This document shows, one piece after another, positions 45,741 through 55,785 of a stretch of 64,000 bases of DNA. A program made the position numbers and the translations under genes. The notes beneath the pieces were generated by a model, which was not told the origin of the DNA, made no database searches, and saw only the letters and a list, made by a program, of their open reading frames with translations. Location: positions 3,551 to 67,550 of the forward strand of contig JABHVM010000011.1 of NCBI GenBank assembly GCA_018658305.1, written 5' to 3'. The DNA comes from Thiotrichales bacterium (lineage in GTDB: Bacteria; Pseudomonadota; Gammaproteobacteria; GCF-002020875). How positions within the stretch are numbered: position 1 is the first letter of the stretch; every line of letters starts with the position of its first letter.

Positions 45741-46406
45741 ATGAGAATTTTATTAATAGAGGATGATCCACTACTCGGTGATGCTACTGAGGCAGGGTTG
45801 AGCCATGATGGTTACACAGTCGAATGGATGCACAATGGAGATCACGGCGACTCTGCGCTCAGAAATGAGAGCTTTGATGGGGTGGTGCTAGATCTTGGGC
45901 TACCTGGTAAGAGCGGGTTGGATATTCTACAGGCAATGCGTGGACGAAACGATACAACCCCAGCGCTGATTCTAACCGCTAGAGATTCAATAGAAGATCG
46001 AATCAAAGGGTTAGATAGTGGTGCTGATGATTATCTCATTAAACCGTTTGATTTAGATGAGTTGAGTGCGCGTCTAAGAGCGTTAATTCGGCGTGCAGCT
46101 GGACGGAGCTCTCCACTGATTGAGATTGCCACAGTTGTGCTTGATCCCGCCACCCATCTGGTTACTTTAAATAATGAAACGGTGAATCTCTCTCAAAGAG
46201 AGTTCTCACTACTTCAACTCTTAATGGAGGCAGCTCCCAGGGTGCTCTCACGCAGCTATCTGGAGGAGCATCTATACAGCTGGGAGAGTGATGTTGGGAG
46301 TAATGTACTAGAGGTGCATATCCACAATCTACGCAAAAAACTGGGAAAAACTTTTATCCATACGATCCGTGGGGTTGGTTATAGGGTTGAAGAGGAGAGC
46401 GAATGA
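45741..46406 (+). CDS. OmpR-family response regulator (QseB/CusR-like)
   Basis: Receiver domain (LLIEDD...LDLGLPG) plus a winged-helix domain. Confidence 0.85.
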   Translation: MRILLIEDDPLLGDATEAGLSHDGYTVEWMHNGDHGDSALRNESFDGVVLDLGLPGKSGLDILQAMRGRNDTTPALILTARDSIEDRIKGLDSGADDYLIKPFDLDELSARLRALIRRAAGRSSPLIEIATVVLDPATHLVTLNNETVNLSQREFSLLQLLMEAAPRVLSRSYLEEHLYSWESDVGSNVLEVHIHNLRKKLGKTFIHTIRGVGYRVEEESE

Positions 46407-47731
46407 ACTCTATCCGTAATCGCTTACTCTTGCTATTACTCGGTGTATTTACCTCTGTTTGGGTGGTGATGATGGGTTATATCTGGCAAAACACAGAACA
46501 CGAAATTGAAGAAGTTTTTGATGCACAGTTGGCTCAAGCATCACTGGTGCTATTGGATTTGACGCAGCATGAAATTACAGAGATGGATCTAGACGATTTC
46601 CGTTCGGATCTATTTGGCGCAGAACCTGTGCATGAATATGAGAAGAAAGTAGCATTTCAAGTTTGGCGTGGTGATAAGTTGTTGCTGCGCTCCAATAGTG
46701 CGCCCGCTACTCCTATGAGCAGAGTGGCAGGTTATAGTAGCGGAGAGATGGGGGGTGAGCGTTGGCGTTTTTTGCATCGAGTTGATACGACAGGTGTGTT
46801 GATCGCGATTGTGGGCGAACAGTACGAAATGCGCAATGAGTTAGAGGAGAAGATTATACTGCAGCTCTTCTGGCCCATTACCATAGCACTGCCACTGCTT
46901 GCATTGCTAATGACACTTGGAATTACTCGAGGGCTCCATCCGCTCAAGAGTCTTGCTGCTGAAGTGGCATCCCGTTCACCGACTCAGCTTGAAGAGATTA
47001 CCGCCAAACAGGTTCCACAGGAAGTCTCCCCACTCATTGATAGCATTAATACTCTATTAAAAAGAGTGGCGCAGACGATTGAGGCAGAGCACCGCTTTAC
47101 TGCGGATGCTTCCCACGAGCTGCGTACTCCACTCGCTGCAATTAAGACACAAGCACAGGTTGCAAAGCGGACAGAAGGAGAGGTCAGTGATAGCGCTTTA
47201 GATAAGGTGGTTGAGGGGGTAGATCGAACCTCACACTTAGTGGAGCAGCTCCTTACTTTGACACGCTTAGATCCTAGTGTGGTACAGCGTTGTTTTGAGG
47301 AGGTTGATCTAACAGTTATTTCAGAACGAGTGATGGCAGAGCTGGCGCCAACTGCGTTGGTTAAAAATATTGAGCTCACAATGGTTGGGCAGCGTGGAGA
47401 AGTAGTTAATGGTTCAGCTCCACTGCTGCAGATACTATTAAGAAATCTGATTGAGAATGGTATCAACTACACCCACTTTGGTGGAAAAGTAATCGTTACA
47501 GTTAACACAGAGGGGGAGGAAATAGTATTAAAAGTTAGTGATAATGGCTTGGGTATTCCAGAGGATATTCGACAGCGCGTTTTTGACCGTTTCTATCGGA
47601 TAGAGGGGAGTAGTGTGCCAGGTTCAGGGCTAGGTCTCTCTATCGTAAAGAGAGTTGTTGATATTCACGCTGGTACCGTTGAAATAGAAGGAGAGCAACC
47701 TCACGGGACAAGAGTAGTTATTGAAATTTAA
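46403..47731 (+). CDS. sensor histidine kinase (QseC/CusS-like, periplasmic sensor)
   Basis: Two TM helices, H-box SHELRTPLAAI, HATPase G-boxes, and a 4-nt overlap with the RR gene. Confidence 0.85.
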   Translation: MNSIRNRLLLLLLGVFTSVWVVMMGYIWQNTEHEIEEVFDAQLAQASLVLLDLTQHEITEMDLDDFRSDLFGAEPVHEYEKKVAFQVWRGDKLLLRSNSAPATPMSRVAGYSSGEMGGERWRFLHRVDTTGVLIAIVGEQYEMRNELEEKIILQLFWPITIALPLLALLMTLGITRGLHPLKSLAAEVASRSPTQLEEITAKQVPQEVSPLIDSINTLLKRVAQTIEAEHRFTADASHELRTPLAAIKTQAQVAKRTEGEVSDSALDKVVEGVDRTSHLVEQLLTLTRLDPSVVQRCFEEVDLTVISERVMAELAPTALVKNIELTMVGQRGEVVNGSAPLLQILLRNLIENGINYTHFGGKVIVTVNTEGEEIVLKVSDNGLGIPEDIRQRVFDRFYRIEGSSVPGSGLGLSIVKRVVDIHAGTVEIEGEQPHGTRVVIEI

Positions 47732-47732
47732 C

Positions 47733-49181
47733 TCAAGCTAACTCTTGTTTGTTTGCTCGATAGGGGAGTGTGATTTCAATCTTCAATCCCTTGCCGACAC
47801 CTTGGCTATCTGTATTGATCTCGCCGCCTAGACTGTGAATGAAGTTAGAGGCTGAGTGAAGTCCGTAGCCGCTCCCTTTCTGCTTGGTGGTAAAGCCGAC
47901 ATAGAACATCTTTTTAAGATTTTCAGCCGAAGCTCCACAGCCGTTATCTTCCACAACTATCATAAACTCTGTTTTGCTAACATCTTTGGCAGTAAGTTTA
48001 ATCTTCCCCTGTTTTATAGTGCCTCTCTCCATCTCTTCAAGGATAGCTTCAAGGCTATTTTTAAGTAGATTGAGCAGCATTTGGATTAGCGGATTGCGTG
48101 GGAGGTAGAGGCTGGAACTCTTTAATTCATCATGGTACTCAAATAGAACCTTGCTTTTATTGAAACGATCTTTTATTAGATTGACAGTATCATCTACCAT
48201 TGCATCTAAATTGAATTCAGTAGCATTAATAATAGGGCGTGCTGCACTACGCTGAATAGATATAATTTCTCCAATATGAGCGATACCATTTTGCATTCTC
48301 TCCAGCTCATCTCTGTTTATACCGCTGTTACCTCTTGCTTGCGCAAGCACCCCTTTGGCACCGTTTAGAAATTTAACCATCTCTGCGATCAAGGGGGCGC
48401 GCTCAACTTGACTCGCCTCAATTTTTTCAGCGTATCGTTCGAGGATTATCTCCAGTTTTGCTAGTCGTTCAAACTTATTGCGTAGTGAAAGTATTTGTCC
48501 ACTCATACCGGTAATGACATTGCCGATATTGTGAAGAACTGATGCCCCCATCTCGGCAATGCCAGCTTGGAATGCAGTGTACTGCTCCTGCTTCTCTGCC
48601 CGCTGTTGCGCTTTCTTAGCCTCTACTTCACTACTAATATCTATGATAGTTGCATTGAGTGTTTCATTCTCATCAACCTCCATCCGCACCAATCTTACAA
48701 TAGCTGGGAATGTATCACCATTGAGGCGTTGATGTATCCACTCAAATTCGTGATCTCCCTCAATTAAAGCATGCTCAATATGGTACTTGGCGAGATCGGC
48801 AGAAGTTTCTCCATTAGGCTGATATTCAGGCGAAAGTTGTGATGGGGTAGCGTTAATAAGATCCTCCTCACTACTGCATCCAAACATTTTAATCGCAGCA
48901 GGGTTGCCTCTTTTAAAACCCCACATCGGTGGAGCAATCGTCATAATTGCATTATAAGAGGTCTCAAATAGGGAGCGAAATTGATGCTCCTGTTCAGCTA
49001 GTTTTTGCTGCGCCTCTTGAAGTGTGAGGATCTCACCTTTCCTCTCCTTTAACTCCTCTGCCAAACTCTCCATTTGAGCGTGGATAAAAGAGCCAGATTG
49101 ATTTTTCTCATTTTGTAGTTTACGCAGTTGAGCTTTAAGTATCTTATTGCTCTGTTGTAGCGACTCAAAAGTGACAGGCAT
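47733..49181 (-). CDS. soluble PAS-domain histidine kinase with an atypical H-box (SVLHNIGN)
   Basis: No TM helix; coiled-coil, PAS, then the phosphoacceptor region and HATPase (DNGCGA...GSGYGL). Confidence 0.72.
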   Translation of the reverse strand: MPVTFESLQQSNKILKAQLRKLQNEKNQSGSFIHAQMESLAEELKERKGEILTLQEAQQKLAEQEHQFRSLFETSYNAIMTIAPPMWGFKRGNPAAIKMFGCSSEEDLINATPSQLSPEYQPNGETSADLAKYHIEHALIEGDHEFEWIHQRLNGDTFPAIVRLVRMEVDENETLNATIIDISSEVEAKKAQQRAEKQEQYTAFQAGIAEMGASVLHNIGNVITGMSGQILSLRNKFERLAKLEIILERYAEKIEASQVERAPLIAEMVKFLNGAKGVLAQARGNSGINRDELERMQNGIAHIGEIISIQRSAARPIINATEFNLDAMVDDTVNLIKDRFNKSKVLFEYHDELKSSSLYLPRNPLIQMLLNLLKNSLEAILEEMERGTIKQGKIKLTAKDVSKTEFMIVVEDNGCGASAENLKKMFYVGFTTKQKGSGYGLHSASNFIHSLGGEINTDSQGVGKGLKIEITLPYRANKQELA

Positions 49182-49190
49182 TCAATTTTC

Positions 49191-50330
49191 CTATTTAGTA
49201 AAGCCAATGGCAACCATGGTCTGATTGATGTGGAGTCCGTTAAGCTGCTCTCCATAAGTATCAAATCCGATAACATTAGGGGCGTAGTGCTGGAGTAGAG
49301 TACCCCACGCTTGACGCTCTTCCGCACTTTCAGTCTCAGCTTTACAGAGAATACAGCTGAATAGTATAACTAACTCAATCTCTCCTAATTTATGTTGAAG
49401 AGTGTCGAATGATTTTTTTAACTCTTGGAGCGGCTCCTGGCGTTCTCCTTTCTCTAGCAGTAACCCTTGATCGACTGCGCAGTAAAAGGTGAGTGAACCA
49501 TCCTTCTCAACTTTTTGAATAGAGCGTACATAGATCTCGCCTTGTTCACGATAGATGAGTGGGGATTTTCCAAAGTCAAAGGTATTTATCTCCTCAATAC
49601 CAACCCCCGTCATCTCTGCATAGACCTCTGCTGCGGGGCGACCGTCTAGAGTTTTAATATTACGCTTCTCAGGATTGCTATCTGTGACTATTACATCCTC
49701 TCCTGCTGGCTGGTAGTGCTGATTTTTTATGATCGCAAAGGGGTGTGCAGACTCTCCTAATATTACTACAGCCGCCTCACTATAAGCTTTCCCATTAGCG
49801 ATCTGAGTAGTTTGTTTGAACTGTAGATCATCACCAGCAGAGCCACCAAGTAGCGGAACCCCTTGTAGATAGGTTGTAACCGCTGCAGTGATCTTCTCCT
49901 CCTGCATCGCCAATCCATCTTGCAGAATGAGTGCAAAATGTTTTTCTGAGTTGAGTTCGTCTCGCTCTAAGTTATGTAGAGAAAGAAGCTCCTCCACTAG
50001 TTCTCCACCATCTGCAGGTTCGAAGTTACGCACATCTTCAAGTACGGCTGCTTGCCAGTTAATTGTAGGTGAGTGGATTCCCATGATAACAAGGCTCCCC
50101 TCATAACGCTCTGCATCAAGAAACTCTCCTGCAGTGGAGCAACCCGCCATCGTCACCTCTGGAAAATGGTGGTGTAGTGTAGCGGCAACTTCGTTGGAAT
50201 TTTGTTGAGTAGAGTAGTAGACTAGAATAAAGTTTAGCTGTTGACGCTCAGCAGTGCTCCAGTTACTAATAGCCTCCTCGACCGCCTCCGCACCATCTGA
50301 TTTGTGTGATACACCTTTGATAATCTTCAT
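49191..50330 (-). CDS. FIST-domain sensory protein (FIST N plus FIST C)
   Basis: FIST-like sequence with the LDGRPAAEVY motif, sitting upstream of the soluble HK. Confidence 0.65.
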   Translation of the reverse strand: MKIIKGVSHKSDGAEAVEEAISNWSTAERQQLNFILVYYSTQQNSNEVAATLHHHFPEVTMAGCSTAGEFLDAERYEGSLVIMGIHSPTINWQAAVLEDVRNFEPADGGELVEELLSLHNLERDELNSEKHFALILQDGLAMQEEKITAAVTTYLQGVPLLGGSAGDDLQFKQTTQIANGKAYSEAAVVILGESAHPFAIIKNQHYQPAGEDVIVTDSNPEKRNIKTLDGRPAAEVYAEMTGVGIEEINTFDFGKSPLIYREQGEIYVRSIQKVEKDGSLTFYCAVDQGLLLEKGERQEPLQELKKSFDTLQHKLGEIELVILFSCILCKAETESAEERQAWGTLLQHYAPNVIGFDTYGEQLNGLHINQTMVAIGFTK

Positions 50331-50357
50331 ATAGACTCACCTCTTACTAGTTGCACT

Positions 50358-50440
50358 ATAAAGTAGTATATTCTACAAGATTATTTATAGGATGCAACTG
50401 TTTTCAGAAAAGAGAGTTGACAGAGGTGAGAATATTTAGG
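50358..50440. repeat. about 75-bp direct repeat, copy 1 (its partner lies at 52282-52350)
   Basis: About 90% identity over ATATTCTACAAGATTATTTnTAGGATGCAACTGTTTTnAGAAnAGAGAGTTGACnGAGG. Confidence 0.7.
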
Positions 50441-50485
50441 GTCAGGAATAATTAGGAATAATTAGGGTCAGAGTGTAATTTATTC
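50431..50485. repeat. 27-bp repeat family copy 2 (AATAATTAGGGTCAGAGTGTAATTTAT) with a partial internal duplication
   Basis: The same core occurs at 334-360 and 53157-53183. Confidence 0.7.
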
Positions 50486-50616
50486 AAAGCCTGATAGGAG
50501 CGGTTAAGGTAATACCCTTTATTGCCCTCACTTAGAGGGGTCGTTATTATTTATTGTGTCGCTTGATGTTGGAAGCGTTTTGCAGCGTTTATCGTGATAT
50601 GCTATACTCAATGATT

Positions 50617-52209
50617 ATGAAGAAACTCCCTTTAGCCATCACTACTTTTGCAGACATTCGTGATCCAAATGAAAACTATCTCTATATAGATAAAACCGCA
50701 TTCGCTTACAGGTTGATTGATTCGGGCAGGTACTACTTCCTCTCTCGCCCCAGACGCTTTGGTAAATCCCTGTTTCTGGACACCCTAAGCGACCTTCTGC
50801 AAAGTAAAAAAGAGCTCTTCAAAGGGTTAGCGGTTTATGATAAGTGGAATTGGGATACAAGCTATCCTGTGATGAATATCTCGCTCAATAGCGGTAACTT
50901 TAGCAGTAGAGAGAGTCTTACAAAAAGCATTCTCCATACGCTAAAAAATGTACAGAGAGATCTTAAAATAGAGTGTGATCCACAATCTGAACTCTCAGAC
51001 TGTTTCGATGATCTTATCAAAAACGCCTACGACAAATACCAACAGAAAGTCGTCATCCTAATTGACGAGTATGACAAACCGATCCTCGACAACATAGAGA
51101 ACAGAGAGCAGGCACTAGTTGCCAGAGATATACTAAAGAGCTTCTACAGCGTCATCAAAGATAATGACCGCTACATAAAATTTGTGTTCATAACAGGAGT
51201 CTCTAAATTCTCCAAAATGAACCTATTTAGTGGACTTAACAACCTAACTGACATAACCATTATGTCAGACTACGCAGATATCTGTGGCTATACCCAAAAC
51301 GACATAGAGAGTCACTTTGCAGAGCATCTTGTCGATGTAGATCTAGCCAAACTAAAAGAGTGGTACAACGGCTATAACTACCTAGGCGGAGAAGATAAAA
51401 GAGTCTACAACCCCTTTGATATTCTGCTGTTTATAACTAACGGCTGTAAATATAAAAACTACTGGTGGTCAACAGGCAACCCCAGCTTCCTGATTAAAAA
51501 GCTAGCACAAGAAGATTACTACATTCCAGACCTAGAAAATATCGTCGCATCAGAAGAAGTTTTAGAGACCTTTGATGTGGACAATATCGACCTCGTCGCA
51601 CTACTGTGGCAGACTGGCTACCTCACCTTTGAAGAGGAGATAACCAGAAGAGGGAAGATATTCTACAAACTAAAGCTCCCCAACAGAGAGATACAATCCT
51701 CCCTGAATGAGCTATTTATACAATACCTAACCAGACAGACCAACGAAGCGATTCGCCACCAAGACCACCTCTACGATGCACTAACGGGAGATATTAGTGA
51801 CTTAGAGCAGGCACTCACCGCACTCTTCGCATCCATCCCCTACAACAACTACGCCAACAAAATAATAGAGAAGTACGAAGGGTACTACTCATCGGTCGTC
51901 TACACCTACTTTATGTCGCTAGGATATCCAACCATCTCCGAAGATCCAACCAATATAGGGAGAATAGACCTTACCATTCAACTCCCCAATAGAACCGTCA
52001 TCATAGAGTTTAAAGTAGATCAACCGCAACAAGCAATGCAAGGTGAATTGCCGTCAGGCAAGAGAGGGCACCCTGGGGTGGAGCAGATCAAAGAGCAAAA
52101 GTACTACCAAAAGTACCAAAAGCCAGGGGCTAATGAGATCTACATAGTAGGCATCAACTTCTCTAGTGAAGATAAAAACATCACCGAGTTTGAGTGGGAG
52201 AGGGTTTGA
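50617..52209 (+). CDS. AAA-ATPase-like domain protein with a C-terminal PD-(D/E)XK nuclease-like domain
   Basis: The N-terminus MKKLPLAITTFADIR is the typical start of the predicted AAA-ATPase family. The central region has ILIDEYD; the C-terminal region is PD-(D/E)XK-like. The TATACT -10 abuts the start. Confidence 0.65.
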   Translation: MKKLPLAITTFADIRDPNENYLYIDKTAFAYRLIDSGRYYFLSRPRRFGKSLFLDTLSDLLQSKKELFKGLAVYDKWNWDTSYPVMNISLNSGNFSSRESLTKSILHTLKNVQRDLKIECDPQSELSDCFDDLIKNAYDKYQQKVVILIDEYDKPILDNIENREQALVARDILKSFYSVIKDNDRYIKFVFITGVSKFSKMNLFSGLNNLTDITIMSDYADICGYTQNDIESHFAEHLVDVDLAKLKEWYNGYNYLGGEDKRVYNPFDILLFITNGCKYKNYWWSTGNPSFLIKKLAQEDYYIPDLENIVASEEVLETFDVDNIDLVALLWQTGYLTFEEEITRRGKIFYKLKLPNREIQSSLNELFIQYLTRQTNEAIRHQDHLYDALTGDISDLEQALTALFASIPYNNYANKIIEKYEGYYSSVVYTYFMSLGYPTISEDPTNIGRIDLTIQLPNRTVIIEFKVDQPQQAMQGELPSGKRGHPGVEQIKEQKYYQKYQKPGANEIYIVGINFSSEDKNITEFEWERV

Positions 52210-52281
52210 AGAGTTTGCCTAAATAATTCGTGTAATAGATAGTTTGCTGTATAAGCTATCTATTCGTAAGTTAGTTGATGA

Positions 52282-52350
52282 ATATTCTACAAGATTATTT
52301 TTAGGATGCAACTGTTTTTAGAAGAGAGAGTTGACGGAGGCGATAAGTTT
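52282..52350. repeat. about 75-bp direct repeat, copy 2
   Basis: Matches 50358-50440. Confidence 0.7.
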
Positions 52351-52516
52351 TATGTACGATAGCTCTTCTGAATTAACAGATGTATAAAAAATATTTTATT
52401 TAAAGGTTTAATCTACTAATGTTTGCAAGTGGAGTTATAGAGATAATAGAAGGTAGGTTGAGTCGCTCTCTAGTTGAGTCTGCACTCTATTTACATATTG
52501 ATATAGCACGACTTTT

Positions 52517-52549
<33 letters not shown>

Positions 52550-52595
52550 AGGCAGTTAGCGCCAGCCTGCTGTATAAGTTTCAGTGCTCTGATCA

Positions 52596-53165
52596 ATGGA
52601 TCAGCCGCTAGAGTCAACTCTAGCAAAAAGTCTGCTAATGGCTGAAACAGCACCTCAAACCCAAGATAGCTTTCTACGCGTCAGCGCAGATAAAGTTGGT
52701 CGCCTGATGGATATGGTCGGCGAGCTGGGGCTAGTCTCCGCTGAAATTCTTCATCGTCCCGATATAGAGGAGCTTGAACTAGATGGGTTTGAAAACTTCG
52801 CACATCGCCTAGAGTTGCTGATTAGAGAGATCCAAGATGAATCCTCTGGACTGCGCTTAGTGCCAGTGGGTACTGTATTTAAACGAATGCAACGCGTGGT
52901 GCGAGACTTACAGCGCCAGACTGGCAAAAAAATAGAGCTACTCCTGGAGGGGGAAGAGACCGAAGTTGATAAAGTGGTAGTGGATAGTCTCTATGATCCA
53001 CTCGTCCATATTGTACGCAACTCCGCAGATCACGGTTTAGAGTCCCCAGAGATTCGTAAAGAGAGTGGCAAGGGCGAGACTGGACGAATAACTCTGTGCG
53101 CACTGCAACAGGGAGGGGAGGTTCAGATCACCATTCAGGATAATGGGCAGGGGCTAAATAATTAG
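52596..53165 (+). pseudogene. cheA: cheA remnant: P3 dimerisation and the proximal part of the P4 kinase domain only, truncated inside the G1 box
   Basis: Strong pattern match to the CheA P3/P4 region (VRDLQRQTGKKIELLLEGEETEVDKVVVDSLYDPLVHIVRNSADHG...ITIQDNGQGLN). P1, P2 and P5 are absent. The stop codon lies inside repeat copy 3. Confidence 0.7.
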
Positions 53166-53183
53166 GGTCAGAGTGTTATTTAT
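53157..53183. repeat. 27-bp repeat family copy 3
   Basis: AATAATTAGGGTCAGAGTGTTATTTAT. Confidence 0.7.
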
Positions 53184-53255
53184 ACTGAAATAATTGTTTC
53201 AATGGGGTAATATTAGGCATAATGATAAGCTCAAGTGGGTAAGTCTCATTTCTAA

Positions 53256-55283
53256 GTGAAAAGTATTATGCAGCAAGATAGAAAAAAACAGTCAATATCA
53301 ATGTATGGGAGGCAAAAAATCGAGCTTCTCGCCCCAGGTGGAGATATTGACTCTATCAAGGCGGCGATTGTTGCTGGAGCTGATGCAGTATATTGTGGTC
53401 TGGAACGGTTCAATGCTAGAAATAGAGCTACCAATATTAGTTTTGATAATCTAAACGGGATCATCAAGCTTGCTCATCAACACAACTGCGAAATATTTTT
53501 AACTCTAAATATTATTATTGTAGAGAGTGAGCTATCGTCACTTATCAAGACCCTTAATAGATTGGTTAATACAGAAGTTGACGGAGTTATTGTGCAAGAT
53601 TTGGGGCTTCTCTATCTTCTCCGTAAGTTCTATCCTAGTTTAAAGGTGCATGCATCTACTCAGCTCACTACCCATAATAGTGGGCAGATAGAGTTTTTAG
53701 CAAAAATTGGTGCTACTAGAGTTAACCTCTCCAGGGAGCTAAATTTAGTTGAGATTGAGGATTTGACCACAGTGGCACATAATAACTCTCTTCTGACTGA
53801 GGTGTTTGTGCACGGTTCAAACTGTATCTCATTTTCTGGACTCTGTTATATGAGCTCTCTGCATGGCGGCAAATCAGGGAATCGTGGACGCTGTAGTCAA
53901 CCCTGTCGAGACCAATATGAGACTACAGAGGAGGGAAGTGATTTTCCCTTAAATATTAAAGATAACTCTGCACTGGCTGATTTCAGTGCTCTTGCATCAG
54001 CTAAGGTTGATTCACTCAAAATAGAGGGGAGAATTAAGGGGGCGCACTATGTCTATACAGTGGTTGATAGTTGGCGTAGAGAGTTAGATAGTTATTACCA
54101 ATCTCAACCACTACGGGGTGATGATAGCGAGTTGCGCACGGTGTTTAATCGTGATCTATCTAACTCCTTTCTGCAAGGTGAGATCGGTAAGCAGTCATTT
54201 ATCGACAATCCACGAGATAACTCTGCTCTCCACCGAGTGAAGTTTAGTAGAGAGGTTAATTATGATCTGGATAGTGCTAAGAGAGAACTGTATGAGATTA
54301 AGAGTGAGATGATCTCATCACTCCAAGAGAAGATTGAGTCACTCACTGTTGAAAGTGATCCTCCTAAACAGAGCTGTAGAGTGGAGATGCGAGATCTTAA
54401 TTCACTGCTTTCAGAGGAGAGAGCAGTTTCACCAACTCTTTCGCTACTAATTTCAGATCTTGATGAGCTTGATCTGGATAGTAATGACAATGCTGGAGTT
54501 ACTATCTATTTTCAGCTTCCATCTTCTATTAAGCAAAGGCGTAGCGAGCTGCTGGAGATGTTTCGTAATAATCGCTCACTTACTCCTTGGTTTCCAGCCA
54601 TTATAATTGGAGATGATTACCAGACCGCAGTTGAGTTTATACAAGAGCTTCGCCCAAAAACTATTGTAAGTAATAATACGGGAGTAGCTCTTGCAGCACA
54701 GAAAGAGGGGGTGGAGTGGATTGCAGGACCAGAGCTAAACTTGGTTAACTCTTTTAGTCTGCTTGCTCTTAAAGATCTGTTTAGCTGCTCTGGTGCATTT
54801 ATCTCCAATGAGATTAGTAGTATGCAGATGAGAAGGATTAGATCCCCAGAAAATTTCACTCTTCACTACAGTATCTCTCACCCTATAACTTTGATGACGA
54901 CCAGAGCCTGTATGTTTCATCCTGTGACTGGCTGTGAGAAAAGTGTCGTTGATGATCGCTGCATCTCACATTGCGAGAAGCGTTCATCTATTAAAAATAT
55001 GAAAGAGATCTCCTTCTATATCGAGAAAGCACGAGGCGGATACCATAATATCTACAATGAACACAACTTTCTCAATAGCGAGATCATGAGGGATCTGCCT
55101 GAAATGTTCAGCAGTTTTATGGTGGATCTGCGAGATATCAAAACGGCGACTAAGGTTATGCTTGATAAGGGTGAGTTAGTTACTCTCTTCAATAATTACC
55201 TGAGTGGAGAAGTGGCTGCAATGGATAAGATAAAAGTAGGAATGCAGCCAACTACCTACAGCCAGTATAGTAAAGGAATTTGA
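53256..55283 (+). CDS. peptidase U32 family protein with a long C-terminal extension
   Basis: ELLAPGG start region and the Cys-containing U32 core (GSNCISFSGLCYMSSLHGGKSGNRGRCSQPCR). Confidence 0.7.
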   Translation: MKSIMQQDRKKQSISMYGRQKIELLAPGGDIDSIKAAIVAGADAVYCGLERFNARNRATNISFDNLNGIIKLAHQHNCEIFLTLNIIIVESELSSLIKTLNRLVNTEVDGVIVQDLGLLYLLRKFYPSLKVHASTQLTTHNSGQIEFLAKIGATRVNLSRELNLVEIEDLTTVAHNNSLLTEVFVHGSNCISFSGLCYMSSLHGGKSGNRGRCSQPCRDQYETTEEGSDFPLNIKDNSALADFSALASAKVDSLKIEGRIKGAHYVYTVVDSWRRELDSYYQSQPLRGDDSELRTVFNRDLSNSFLQGEIGKQSFIDNPRDNSALHRVKFSREVNYDLDSAKRELYEIKSEMISSLQEKIESLTVESDPPKQSCRVEMRDLNSLLSEERAVSPTLSLLISDLDELDLDSNDNAGVTIYFQLPSSIKQRRSELLEMFRNNRSLTPWFPAIIIGDDYQTAVEFIQELRPKTIVSNNTGVALAAQKEGVEWIAGPELNLVNSFSLLALKDLFSCSGAFISNEISSMQMRRIRSPENFTLHYSISHPITLMTTRACMFHPVTGCEKSVVDDRCISHCEKRSSIKNMKEISFYIEKARGGYHNIYNEHNFLNSEIMRDLPEMFSSFMVDLRDIKTATKVMLDKGELVTLFNNYLSGEVAAMDKIKVGMQPTTYSQYSKGI

Positions 55284-55682
55284 TTACCAGAGCCAGAGAA
55301 GCGCCATGTAGCGGGCAGCTTTGCCGAGGGTGATAAAAATTAGAGCGCGGATGAAAGAGATTTTTAACCAACCCGCTGCTAGACAGAGAGCATCCCCGAT
55401 CAGTGGCAGCCAGGAGAGTAGCAGTGCTGGTGCGCCGTGGCGTTCTATCCAGCTGAGTGCACGGCTATGTTGTTTGCTCTGCCAACGCTTTTTAATCCAC
55501 CAGCCGATCGCCCAAGTTGAGATTCCTCCTAAACTGTTGCCAACCGTTGCGACTATCAGCAGCGTTATATCATCGTGCACACTCTGCTGGTCGAGCAGAA
55601 TCAGCAGCGCCTCAGAACCGCCCGGTAGCAGGGTGGAGGAGAGTAGTGCGGAGATAAAGAGAGCAGTTAAAGAAGTATCCAT
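55284..55682 (-). CDS. small DedA/YqaA-family membrane protein
   Basis: 132 aa with three to four TM helices and a YqaA-like pattern. Confidence 0.45.
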   Translation of the reverse strand: MDTSLTALFISALLSSTLLPGGSEALLILLDQQSVHDDITLLIVATVGNSLGGISTWAIGWWIKKRWQSKQHSRALSWIERHGAPALLLSWLPLIGDALCLAAGWLKISFIRALIFITLGKAARYMALLWLW

Positions 55683-55785
55683 CGTATGATAGTTTAACAG
55701 GCGTTTTAGAGTGGCGTATAATGATCCTGAAAAACAGGAAGCGCAAGGTTAATTTATAGGTGAGAAAAAACAGAGGAGAAAGACT